DNA of 64,000 nt, taken from assembly GCA_963822945.1 (NCBI GenBank), contig CAWGJO010000026.1, positions 124,518 to 188,517 on the forward strand. Direction: 5' to 3'. This stretch comes from an uncultured Gemmatimonadaceae bacterium. Its GTDB lineage: Bacteria > Gemmatimonadota > Gemmatimonadetes > Gemmatimonadales > Gemmatimonadaceae. Shown piece by piece: positions 55,441 through 64,000 of this stretch; the first letter of the stretch is position 1, and every line of letters starts with the position of its first letter. The translations under genes were made by a program, and so were the position numbers. The notes beneath the pieces were generated by a model, which saw only the letters and a program-made list of their open reading frames with translations, searched no databases and was not told where the DNA came from.

Positions 55441-57015
55441 ATGTCAGTGGTTCGGCGCGCGTCAATCGTCGGCACGGTATTGATGCTCGGTTGTGGGGCG
55501 CCGCCGCGTGCCCCCGGGGTGGTCGTCTACGCGTCCGGCACCGACCTCGAGTCGGCCAACCCCCTGGTCACCATCCACCCGCTGTCGCGGCAGGTGCAGC
55601 GGTACGCGCTGTTCACCACCCTGGCCCGGTACGACTCGACGCTCGCGCCGGTGCCGTACGCCGCCCGGTCGTGGGATTGGAGCCCCGACCACCGGGCGCT
55701 GCGCTTCCATCTGGTGACCGCCCTGCGGTGGGACGACGGCCAACCGACCACTGCCCGCGACGTGGCGTTCACCATTCTCGCGGCGCGCGATCCGGTCACC
55801 GGCTACCCGCGCGCGGGGGATCTCGCGAGCATCGACACGGTCGAGGCGCTCGACGATTCGACGGCCGTGGTGCAATTCGTCCGGGCGCCGCCGAGCTTTC
55901 CGCTCGTGTTCTGCGAACTCCCCATTCTGCCCGAGCATCTCCTGCGCCACGTCCCGCGCGCCGACATGCGCCGCGCGCCGTTCAACGACGCGCCGGTGGG
56001 CAACGGCCCCTTCCGATTCGTGCAACGGGTGCCGAACCAGCGCTGGGTGTTCACCCGCAACGACGACTTTCCCGCCGCGCTCGGCGGGCCGCCGGCCCTG
56101 CGCGGGCTCGTCATCGCCGTGGTCGACGAGGCGACCACCAAGTTCGCCGGACTGGCGAGCGGCGAACTCGACGTGGCGGGCGTGTCGCCTTCGATGGCGG
56201 CGTTGGTGCGTCGCGATCCCACACTGCGGTTGATCGACTATCCGATTCTCTTCGAGACCGGCCTCGTGCTCAACACGCACCGTCCGCCGTTCGACGACGT
56301 CCGGGTGCGGCACGCCATCTCGCTGTCCATCGACCGCAGCCGGCTGGTGCGGGTGGCGCTCGCCGGATTCGGCACGCCGGCGGGCGGCCCGGTGGCGCCC
56401 GAGGTGCCGGATGCCGATACCACGCCTCCCGTGTTCGACCCGGCGCGCGCCGACTCCCTGCTCGATGCCGCGGGATGGACGCGTGGCGCCGACGGCCGTC
56501 GGCGGCGCAACGGCAAGCCGTTCGCCTTCGAACTCCTCACCGTCGGCACGGCCGACAATGCGCTCGAGCAGCTCATCCAGGCCGATCTGGCGGCGCGCGG
56601 CATCGCGATGCGCATACGGCAGATGGAACTGGGTGCCTTCCTTACCGAGGCGCGCGCCCGGCCCAAGCGGTTCGACGCGCTGGTCACCGGCATGTCGGGC
56701 GATCTCTCGTTGTCCTACCTGCGCGCCATGTTCGAGAGCCGGCAGGCCGGCGGCGCCCTCGACTACGCCGACTTCCACGAACCGCGGCTGGACTCGGCGT
56801 TCGCACGCGCCACGGTAGCGCGGTCGGCGGCCGCGCGGGCCGCGGCGTGGCGCGACGTGCAGCGCGAACTTCGCCGCCAGGAGCCGGTGGTGTGGTTGTA
56901 CCACGCGCGTGGGGTACAGGGCGCGACCCGGCGGTTGACGCATGTGACGATGGATCTGCGCGGAGAACTCGCCACGCTGGCGCAATGGCGGCTGGTGTCG
57001 AGAGATTCCCTGTAA
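55441..57015 (+). CDS. ABC transporter substrate-binding lipoprotein (family 5, OppA/DppA)
   Basis: Lipobox-like MLGC; WDDGQPTTARDVAFT, PVGNGPF, FDDVRVRHAI..IDR and LLDAAGW motifs. Exact start uncertain. Confidence 0.88.
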   Translation: MSVVRRASIVGTVLMLGCGAPPRAPGVVVYASGTDLESANPLVTIHPLSRQVQRYALFTTLARYDSTLAPVPYAARSWDWSPDHRALRFHLVTALRWDDGQPTTARDVAFTILAARDPVTGYPRAGDLASIDTVEALDDSTAVVQFVRAPPSFPLVFCELPILPEHLLRHVPRADMRRAPFNDAPVGNGPFRFVQRVPNQRWVFTRNDDFPAALGGPPALRGLVIAVVDEATTKFAGLASGELDVAGVSPSMAALVRRDPTLRLIDYPILFETGLVLNTHRPPFDDVRVRHAISLSIDRSRLVRVALAGFGTPAGGPVAPEVPDADTTPPVFDPARADSLLDAAGWTRGADGRRRRNGKPFAFELLTVGTADNALEQLIQADLAARGIAMRIRQMELGAFLTEARARPKRFDALVTGMSGDLSLSYLRAMFESRQAGGALDYADFHEPRLDSAFARATVARSAAARAAAWRDVQRELRRQEPVVWLYHARGVQGATRRLTHVTMDLRGELATLAQWRLVSRDSL

Positions 57016-59840
57016 TGCCTCTCCTCCTCGATCTCGAAGACCTGTCGCACCGCCGCCCCGTGGCCGGCGGCGCGCTCGGCCCCCTGGCCGATTCACTCGC
57101 CGCCGACCTCGAACGCCCGCTTGCGGAACACATCGGCGTGCCGCGGCAGAAGGCGCTCTTGTCGCGAGCCGGTGGGTACTGCGAGCGCGACGGTTCGGCG
57201 CTGGCGTTCGACCCCTGGTCGCCGCACGAACATCGCTGTCCGCGGTGCGGGCACGTGCATCGCGGCGAGTTCCACGACCGGTGGTGGCTGTACCCATACC
57301 AGCTCTGGCTCGCCGAGCGCGCCGTGCATGCGGCCACCCTGTTCGCGGTGCGCGGCGACGCACGGCATGCGGACTTCGCGGCCGATATCCTGGCGCAGTA
57401 CGCCGCCGCGTATCTCGAGTATCCCAATCGCGACAACGTGCTCGGTCCCACGCGCCCGTTCTTCAGTACGTACCTCGAGTCCATCTGGCTGCTGCAGCTC
57501 TGCGTGGCCCTCGATCTGCTCGAGACGGCGGGGCGGGGCGATGTCGGCGAAGAGGTGCGCGAGAAGCTCATCGGCCCCAGCGTCGCGCTCATTGCCGAGT
57601 ACGACGAGGGACCGTCCAACCGCCAGGTGTGGAACAACGCCGCGCTGCTCGCGGGCCATCTGCTGCTGGGGCACGAGCACGCCGTCGAGCCCATCGTGTT
57701 CGGGCCGTCGGGGCTGCTGGCGCATCTGGAGGACGGCCTGCTGGACGACGGAACCTGGTACGAGGGCGAGAACTACCACCAGTTCGCGCATCGGGGCTTG
57801 TGGTATGGGATTCACCTCGCCGGGCGGGCCGGACTGGCGCTCCCCGCACCGGCCGTCGAACGGTTCGACCGCGGCTTCGCGGCGACGTTCGCCACGGCGC
57901 TGCCCGACCTCACCCTTCCGGCGCGCAAGGATTCGCAGTACGCCACCTCGCTCCGCCAGTGGCGCTTTGCCGAAATGTGCGAATTGGGCCTGGCGCGCGC
58001 GGGCACTCCGGCGCTGGCCGCGATGCTCGCCAAGCTGTACGACGGGACGGCCTCCGAAGGCGACGCCGGGCGCGCGACGTCCAGCGCCGAGGTGGAGCGC
58101 AATCTGCCGGCGGTCCGCCTCACGCGGGCGGACCTCGGATGGAAGTCGCTGCTCTTCGCCCGTGAAACGTTGCCGGCGGGCGCGCCCGCCGATCTGTCGA
58201 GCGTACTGCTGGCGGGACAGGGGGTCGCCGTGTTCCGGCGCGACCACGACCGCGTGTACGTCGCTCTCGATTACGGGCAGTCGGGCGGGGGGCACGGCCA
58301 CCCCGACCGGCTGAACGTGCTCTTCTCCACCGGCGCCGCGCGCTGGCTCGACGACCTGGGCACCGGATCGTACGTCGATCCGTCACTCCACTGGTATCGG
58401 AGCACGCTGGCCCACAACGCGCCGATGGTGGACGGCCATTCGCAGTGGCGCGTGGACGGCGTGCTGCAGGCGTTCGACGAGCAGGGCGACTTCGCGTGGG
58501 TGAATGCGTCGGCCTTCGTCTGGCCCGACGTCATCGTCCAGCGGACGCTCGTCATCACGCCGGACTACTTCATCGACCGCCTGCGCTGGCGCGCCGGCCA
58601 CGCCACCGCGTTCATGTTGCCCATCCACTGCGCGGCCGAGTTGACGGGACAGATCAAGGCCACCCGGGCGCGATTCGCCGGCGCCGGCGGCCTCGAGGAC
58701 GGCGACCAATTCGTCACCACCGAACGCGCGTACAAGGCGGCAGCCGGCGCGCGCGTGTACCTCGTGGCTCGCGACCCGAAATCGGGAGAGGAGATTCGCG
58801 GCTTCACCTACTGCCGGTCGCGCTCCGTCTGGTACACGCTCTCGGCTCCCGGGCAACCGCCCACCGAGCGCAGGCGCTTCCACCTGGTCGAATCGGAACG
58901 AGAACCGGTGGGGGAACTCTGTACGGTGTGGGCATGGTCGCCCGATGTGGAATCGGTCGAGTGGAAGGCGGATACCATCGGTGTGAACCTGAGCAGCGAG
59001 GGGCGGCACGTGCATTCGTCGGACGACAGTGGATGGCACGTGGAACTCACCGAGCGCGGACGCTTCCGTCAGGTAGTGTTGGGAGGGCTGGTCGAGATCG
59101 AGGAGGTCGAGGCCACGCCGGAGCCGGACGCCGGAGCCAACCAGGAGGCCGGCGCCGAGCCGCGCGTGACGAGCGAGGAGCGGTCGCCCGGCTACAACGG
59201 GCTGCTCCTGCTCCCCGGGAAGCTCCAGGCGTCCTGGTGGTCCGACGCGACTCCCGAAGAACGAATGCGGTATGCCGTCTACCACCTCGGGGAGCCGACG
59301 TACCGGCGGTCGGAAGAGCGGTGGGCGGAGGCGGGCAGCCCCACGGCGCGCGTCGCGATCGCCGTGTCGGCCAAGGTGCTCACGGTGGACGTGCAGGTGA
59401 CGACGCCCGAGCCGCGATTCGTCCCGGCCGACGCGGTGAATCCGTACGACAACGAACCGGCCGACATCAACGGAGACGGAGTACAGCTCTACGTGCGCAC
59501 CCTCGACAATGGCGGGGCCTGGATGCTCGTGCCCGACCCGAAGGCCAAGGCGGGCGTCGTGCGGGCGCGCGCGATCGACGGGTGGGGCAGCCTCAAACCC
59601 GGGCGCAGCTCGTGGCGCCGCACGCGCGAAGGGTACGAACTCCGGATCGAGGTGCCGATGCGCGAGCCCCTTCAGGTGGGGAGCGATCTGGCGCTCGACG
59701 TGCTCGTCAACGAGACGGCGCCCGGCCGCGAGCGGCGCCGGGGGCAGCTCATCCTGAGCGGGCCCGACGGCGAATTCGTGTACCTGCGCGGCGACCGCCA
59801 CGATCCGGCCCGGCTGTTGCACTTCACCGTCGTCACGTGA
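57015..59840 (+). CDS. Heparinase II/III-like (oligosaccharide lyase) protein with an N-terminal Cys/His motif and a C-terminal CBM9/DOMON-like domain
   Basis: C..DG..L.FDP..PH.H.CP.CG, NRQVW, WYEGENYH, GHGHPD, DLGTGSY and TLAHN motifs; C-terminal DGVQLY...GYELRIEVP...VNE; TAATG coupling to the binding protein; no signal peptide. Confidence 0.75.
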   Translation: MPLLLDLEDLSHRRPVAGGALGPLADSLAADLERPLAEHIGVPRQKALLSRAGGYCERDGSALAFDPWSPHEHRCPRCGHVHRGEFHDRWWLYPYQLWLAERAVHAATLFAVRGDARHADFAADILAQYAAAYLEYPNRDNVLGPTRPFFSTYLESIWLLQLCVALDLLETAGRGDVGEEVREKLIGPSVALIAEYDEGPSNRQVWNNAALLAGHLLLGHEHAVEPIVFGPSGLLAHLEDGLLDDGTWYEGENYHQFAHRGLWYGIHLAGRAGLALPAPAVERFDRGFAATFATALPDLTLPARKDSQYATSLRQWRFAEMCELGLARAGTPALAAMLAKLYDGTASEGDAGRATSSAEVERNLPAVRLTRADLGWKSLLFARETLPAGAPADLSSVLLAGQGVAVFRRDHDRVYVALDYGQSGGGHGHPDRLNVLFSTGAARWLDDLGTGSYVDPSLHWYRSTLAHNAPMVDGHSQWRVDGVLQAFDEQGDFAWVNASAFVWPDVIVQRTLVITPDYFIDRLRWRAGHATAFMLPIHCAAELTGQIKATRARFAGAGGLEDGDQFVTTERAYKAAAGARVYLVARDPKSGEEIRGFTYCRSRSVWYTLSAPGQPPTERRRFHLVESEREPVGELCTVWAWSPDVESVEWKADTIGVNLSSEGRHVHSSDDSGWHVELTERGRFRQVVLGGLVEIEEVEATPEPDAGANQEAGAEPRVTSEERSPGYNGLLLLPGKLQASWWSDATPEERMRYAVYHLGEPTYRRSEERWAEAGSPTARVAIAVSAKVLTVDVQVTTPEPRFVPADAVNPYDNEPADINGDGVQLYVRTLDNGGAWMLVPDPKAKAGVVRARAIDGWGSLKPGRSSWRRTREGYELRIEVPMREPLQVGSDLALDVLVNETAPGRERRRGQLILSGPDGEFVYLRGDRHDPARLLHFTVVT

Positions 59841-60583
59841 CCGCATCGCGCCTGCATCACGTGCGGGTCGTCCTGTACGAGCCGCAGGATCCCGTGAACA
59901 TCGCCGCCACGGTGCGGGCGATGAAGAACATGGGCGTCGGCACTCTGCATCTGGTGCGCCCGGTGGCCTACGATCCGGTCCGCCTCGAAGGCATCGCCCA
60001 CAATACCCGCGACGTCATCGACCGGATCGCGCACTTCGACGATTTCGAGGCCGCCATCGCCGGCTGCGTGCGCGTGGTCGGGTTCACCGCGCGTCGCCGT
60101 GCGGCGCGGTGGGCGGTGACCACGCCGCGCGACGAAGCGGCGGTTTCCCTCGCCGCGGCGGCCGACGGTCCCGTGGCCTACGTGTTCGGCCGCGAGGACA
60201 GCGGCCTGCCCAACGACATCCTCGACCGCGTCCACGCGGCCGTCATGATCCCCACCACCGAGCACGCCTCCCTCAATCTGGCGCAGGCCGTCCTGGTGGG
60301 CGTCTACGAACTCCATCTGGCCGCCCAGCATGCGACCCGCGACGTCGCGCCGCCGCGCAAGGCGGCGCCGCCGCCAACGCCCGAACAGTTCGAGCAGTAC
60401 TTTGCCGATGTCGAGCGCTCGCTCGACGCCGTTGAATTCTTCAAGACGCGCGTGTCGGAGCACATCATGCGCACGGTGCGATCGCTCACCTACCGCGCCG
60501 CGCCCGATGCCCGCGAACTCTCGCTCATCCGCGCCATGGCCCTCGAGGTCGTGAACTACCTCCGCCGCATCGGGCGGTCTTGA
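59837..60583 (+). CDS. SPOUT RNA methyltransferase (TrmJ/LasT-like)
   Basis: VVLYEPQDPVNIAATVRAMKNMG, FTAR, VFGREDSGL and IPT..HASLNLAQAV motifs. Confidence 0.88.
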   Translation: MTASRLHHVRVVLYEPQDPVNIAATVRAMKNMGVGTLHLVRPVAYDPVRLEGIAHNTRDVIDRIAHFDDFEAAIAGCVRVVGFTARRRAARWAVTTPRDEAAVSLAAAADGPVAYVFGREDSGLPNDILDRVHAAVMIPTTEHASLNLAQAVLVGVYELHLAAQHATRDVAPPRKAAPPPTPEQFEQYFADVERSLDAVEFFKTRVSEHIMRTVRSLTYRAAPDARELSLIRAMALEVVNYLRRIGRS

Positions 60584-61941
60584 CGCCCGATCCCGGGCCG
60601 ACATTCTTCATTCCCATGGTCTTCAAACGACTCTTCGATCGCGGCTCGGCCGCTGATCCCGCCCAGACGGACGCCGCCACCGAGGTGGATGATACGCCGG
60701 ACGACGACACGCTGACGCCCGAAGACGACAGCGAACTCCCCGAGGAAGCCCCCGATCTCGGATGGACGGCGCGGGCCGCCTCCGTCATTGCCGGCGGCGC
60801 GTCCACCGGCAGCAAGCGCCCGGCCGGACTCTACGGCACCGACACTCCGTCGGCGCCGACGCACTTCGTCCATGCGTCGGGCTGCCACGTGGTCGCCGAC
60901 GACGGCGAGACCTACGTGGACTGCACGATGGCACTCGGCGCGGTGGCGCTGGGCTATGCCGAGCCCAACGTCACGCGCTCCGTCCTCGACGCCATCGGGG
61001 GTGGGCACGTATCCGGTCTCAACAGCACACTCGAGGTCGCGGTGGCCGAACGATTGTGCGGCATCATCCCGTGCGCCGAGCAGGTTCGCTTCATGAAGAC
61101 CGGCGCCGAAGCCACCTCGGCCGCCGTCCGCATCGCGCGCACGTATACTGGGCGTGATGTCGTGGTGGCGTCGGGCTACCTGGGCTGGCACGACTGGGCG
61201 AGCGACGCCGCCGGCGTGCCCGAGGGGGCGCGCCGCGAGGTGATCCGCGTGCCGTTCGACGACGTCGCGGCGCTCGAAGCGGCGGTCGCCACGGCGGGCG
61301 ACCGGCTGGCTGCCGTGATCCTGGAACCGGTGGTCGAGCGGCTGCCGTCCGAGGCATGGATTGCCCGCGCGCGACAACTGTGCGATGAGAAGGGCGCCGC
61401 CCTGATATTCGACGAGATGAAGACGGGCTTTCGGTTGGCGCCGGGCGGCTACCAGGAAGTGTCGGGCGTGACGCCCGATCTCGCGACCTTCGGCAAGGCG
61501 ATGGCCAACGGATTTCCGCTGGCTGCGGTTTGCGGGCGCCAGGACCTCATGGACGCCGCGAACCGCACCTGGATCTCCACCACGCTCGCCGGCGAGGCGG
61601 GCGCACTCGCCGCCGCGCTCGCGGTCATCGAGTGGCACGTCCAGGCCGACGTGTGCGACGCGCTGGCCACCAACGGCGCCGAAATGCGGCGCGTGGTGTC
61701 GGCGGCCATCGCCGCCAGCGGCGTCGAAGGCGTTGCGCTCGACGGGCTCGATCCCATGTGGTTCCTGCGCTTCGACGACCCCGCGGTGGAATCCGACTTC
61801 CTCCAGCGCGCCATGACCCACGGCGTGCTCTTCAAGCGTGGGGCCTACAACTACGCGTGCGTGGCGCACGACGACGAGGCCGTCCGCGCCATCGAGGCGG
61901 CGGCCAGCCGCGCCCTGGTCGAGATGCGCGAGGGCGTGTGA
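60580..61941 (+). CDS. Class III PLP aminotransferase (GSA-aminomutase-like, probably not HemL)
   Basis: YVD....GAVALGY, KTGAEA, GYLGWHDW, LIFDEMKTGFR and PDLATFGKAMANG motifs. Start is TTG 60580 or ATG 60616. Confidence 0.85.
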   Translation: MTPDPGPTFFIPMVFKRLFDRGSAADPAQTDAATEVDDTPDDDTLTPEDDSELPEEAPDLGWTARAASVIAGGASTGSKRPAGLYGTDTPSAPTHFVHASGCHVVADDGETYVDCTMALGAVALGYAEPNVTRSVLDAIGGGHVSGLNSTLEVAVAERLCGIIPCAEQVRFMKTGAEATSAAVRIARTYTGRDVVVASGYLGWHDWASDAAGVPEGARREVIRVPFDDVAALEAAVATAGDRLAAVILEPVVERLPSEAWIARARQLCDEKGAALIFDEMKTGFRLAPGGYQEVSGVTPDLATFGKAMANGFPLAAVCGRQDLMDAANRTWISTTLAGEAGALAAALAVIEWHVQADVCDALATNGAEMRRVVSAAIAASGVEGVALDGLDPMWFLRFDDPAVESDFLQRAMTHGVLFKRGAYNYACVAHDDEAVRAIEAAASRALVEMREGV

Positions 61942-62819
61942 CCGCGGCCGTTGACGCCCCGCCGCTCGCTGGACCCCAGCCGCTCATCGACGCCCACGCC
62001 CACTTCTGGCACGCGGGCAGTGGACGGTCCGACTGGGACGCGGTGAACGCCGCACGCCTGCGGGCGGGCGATCGCATCGGCATCTGGTACCACGTGGCAT
62101 CGGTGCTCGGCAGCTGGGGCTTCTCGTCGCCGGTCTACTTCCCGTCGCCGCGCGACGTGAGCGCCGGCAACGACGCCATGCTCAATTTCGCCGACGCGCA
62201 CGCCGACCGCGTACGCGCGTACGCCACCGTCAATCCGAACCACACGGCGCACGCCGTGGAGGAGATCGAACGCTGCGTGGCCCGCGGCGCCGTCGGCGTG
62301 AAGCTTGCCGCCAGCCGCCGGGCCAGCGATCCGCTGCTCGATCCGGTGTGCGAGGCGGCGGCCCGCCACGGGCTCCCGGTGCTGCACCACATCTGGCAGC
62401 ACCGCACCCGCGAGTGGCCGTCGCAGGAGATCTCCGACGGGCTGGACCTCGCCGAACTCGCGCGCCGGCACCCGACGGTGTCGTTCATCCTCGCGCACAT
62501 CGGCGGGGGCGGCGACTACATGCACACCTTCGCGGCCATCGCCGACGTCCCGAACATCCTCGCGGATCTCTCGGGCAGCGGCGTGGACCGCGGCATGCTC
62601 GATGAAGCGGTTCTCCGGTTGGGAGTCGACCGGCTCATCTGGGGGAGCGACGTGACCATGGAGACCGGGCTCGCCAAGCTGATGGGCTTCGAAGCCATCC
62701 GGCTGACGCCCGATGACGTGCGCCGGATCCGCGCCGACAATGCGGTGCGCATCTTCCCGCCCGGCAGCTTCGGCCGCGTCGAGCACGCGTCGTCGCACCC
62801 CGCGCCGGGGCCCGCATGA
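61938..62819 (+). CDS. Amidohydrolase_2 family metal-dependent hydrolase
   Basis: IDAHAH, GVKL, VLHH, LAHIGGG, LIWGSD and NAVRIF motifs. Confidence 0.85.
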   Translation: MTAAVDAPPLAGPQPLIDAHAHFWHAGSGRSDWDAVNAARLRAGDRIGIWYHVASVLGSWGFSSPVYFPSPRDVSAGNDAMLNFADAHADRVRAYATVNPNHTAHAVEEIERCVARGAVGVKLAASRRASDPLLDPVCEAAARHGLPVLHHIWQHRTREWPSQEISDGLDLAELARRHPTVSFILAHIGGGGDYMHTFAAIADVPNILADLSGSGVDRGMLDEAVLRLGVDRLIWGSDVTMETGLAKLMGFEAIRLTPDDVRRIRADNAVRIFPPGSFGRVEHASSHPAPGPA

Positions 62820-63577
62820 TCGACGTCAACGCGCTCATTGGGCCGTATCCATTCCGCTACGTGCCGCATCCGGATCCCGAGGTACTCGTGCGCGTGTTGG
62901 AGCGCGAACGGTTGACCGGCGCGTGGGTGGGCCACCTGCCGAGCGCGTTCTACCGGGATCCTTCCGCCGGCAACGCGCAGCTCTACACCGCCGTCGCCCC
63001 ACACGCGCCGGTCCTGCGACCCGTGCCCACCATCCGTCCCAACTGGCCGCGCTGGGAGCGCGCGCTCCGCGCCGCGGCGGACGCCGGCGCGCCCGCGGTG
63101 CGCGTGTATCCCACCATTTGGGAGATGGGCCCGCACGATGCCCGGCTCTCCGAGTTCGCGATCGCCTGCGGAGAGTCCCGCCTGGCGCTCCTGCTCACCG
63201 TGCGATTCGAGGACCTGCGCCAGCGGCATCCGCTGGACCGGGCCGGCGACCTCACCGCGGCGGCCATCCGGACACTGGCCAGGGCAGGGGAGCGGGTGCG
63301 GCTCGTCGTCACCGCGGCCGGGCGCGAACTGATCGAGGAAGTGCACTGGGGGCTTACCCCGGCGGAGCAACAGCGCGTCGTCTGGGACATTTCCTGGATC
63401 TGGGGTCCGCCCGAAGACCACCTCGCCAAGCTGTTCGACACGATCGGCCCCGGCCGCTTCGTATACGGCACGCACTGGCCGCTGCGGCTCACGCAGAATC
63501 CGCGGGCGAATCTGGCGCTGCTGCCGGACGATCGCGCACCGGCGGGGCTCGCCGATCCCGAGCAGTTGTTCGGGTGA
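62816..63577 (+). CDS. Amidohydrolase-fold protein lacking the HxH metal motif
   Basis: MIDVNALIG.YPFR, VRVYP, EDLRQRH and FVYGTHWP motifs; ATGA coupling to the upstream amidohydrolase. Confidence 0.7.
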   Translation: MIDVNALIGPYPFRYVPHPDPEVLVRVLERERLTGAWVGHLPSAFYRDPSAGNAQLYTAVAPHAPVLRPVPTIRPNWPRWERALRAAADAGAPAVRVYPTIWEMGPHDARLSEFAIACGESRLALLLTVRFEDLRQRHPLDRAGDLTAAAIRTLARAGERVRLVVTAAGRELIEEVHWGLTPAEQQRVVWDISWIWGPPEDHLAKLFDTIGPGRFVYGTHWPLRLTQNPRANLALLPDDRAPAGLADPEQLFG

Positions 63578-63690
63578 CGTGCTCAGTGCCAACCGGGTCT
63601 GGCCGGGTGAGAGAATGTTTTCGTAGTAATTGTCTCTCAATACTTGCGCGAATTGGCCAACGCAGTGAGATTTTTTCGTCGCCCGCAGAC

Positions 63691-63708
63691 TTGTGAAATA
63701 GTTCACAA
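63691..63708. promoter_or_regulatory. Rex-type operator
   Basis: Perfect TTGTGAA-ATAG-TTCACAA, matching the established Rex consensus, 62 nt upstream of a cytochrome c gene. Confidence 0.8.
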
Positions 63709-63770
63709 AGCACTCACCCGCTTCACAAGCCGCCCGTACCCAACGTGATACCCTTCCGCACCACATCGCG

Positions 63771-64000
63771 ATGACCAAGCGAAGGAAATGGACCGCCATT
63801 CCGGGGCTGGTCGCTCTGGCCGCCGGCGCCGTGATCCTCTCCGCCTACAGCGGCGCGTCATCCTCGCAGAACAGTTCGCCGACGCAACCGATCGCATTTC
63901 CGCATTCGGTACACGTTGGAAAGCTCGGCATCAACTGCGTCTACTGCCATTACACGGCCAAAAGTCGCCCGACTCCGGATCCCGGCGGTCTCGACCTGTA
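63771..64000 (+). CDS. Multiheme cytochrome c (c3 / ActA/QrcA-like), 3'-truncated by the window
   Basis: My translation: MTKRRKW + hydrophobic helix...QPIAFPHSVHVGKLGINCVYCH. After apparent indels near 63960 and 63978 it reads KSPDS..IPAVSTC. Not listed in the ORF track. Confidence 0.8.
   Translation, partial: MTKRRKWTAIPGLVALAAGAVILSAYSGASSSQNSSPTQPIAFPHSVHVGKLGINCVYCHYTAKSRPTPDPGGLDL

Noticed and set aside
55491..57014. 1449-aa ORF as a giant fusion protein
   Set aside because: The first ~508 codons are Arg/Ala/Gly-rich out-of-frame overlap with the binding-protein gene. The real start is the coupled ATG at 57015.
60580..61941. hemL assignment
   Set aside because: It lacks the HemL-specific GGVNSPVRA and GCYHG motifs and has no tetrapyrrole gene context.

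Overview
High-GC chromosomal window. Its gene content (SusC/SusD pairs in a high-GC background, tandem Hanks-type kinases, barrel-less TonB-plug proteins, GGRG-rich secreted peptidases) suggests a Gemmatimonadota-like organism, which is inference only. Layout: (1-4 kb) secreted peptidases and an FKBP. (4-28 kb) an aromatic amino acid catabolic supercluster: acetoacetate-CoA ligase, hppD, hmgA, a divergent Glu/Leu/Phe/Val dehydrogenase, a crotonase, paaABCD, a fused 2-oxoacid dehydrogenase E1 and paaGHIJYZ, with no paaK or paaE in the window. It is interrupted by a GT-C-like membrane gene flanked by a 76-bp duplication of the ligase 3' end and by two paralogous Ser/Thr kinases. (28-45 kb) two tandem SusC/SusD pairs next to peptidase, amidohydrolase and MBL-rhodanese genes. 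(45-51 kb) housekeeping genes: AIM24 family, pdxH, speA, CPA2 antiporter, sodA, dedA. (51-63.6 kb) an uncharacterised uptake/catabolism locus: GH38, Opp/Dpp permeases and binding protein, a heparinase II/III-like lyase, a TrmJ-like methyltransferase, a class III aminotransferase and two amidohydrolases. (63.7-64 kb) a perfect Rex-type operator before the start of a multiheme cytochrome c. No rRNA, tRNA, CRISPR array, transposase or integrase was seen. Several single-base frameshifts look like sequencing or assembly errors. All calls come from motif reading; no database searches were run.
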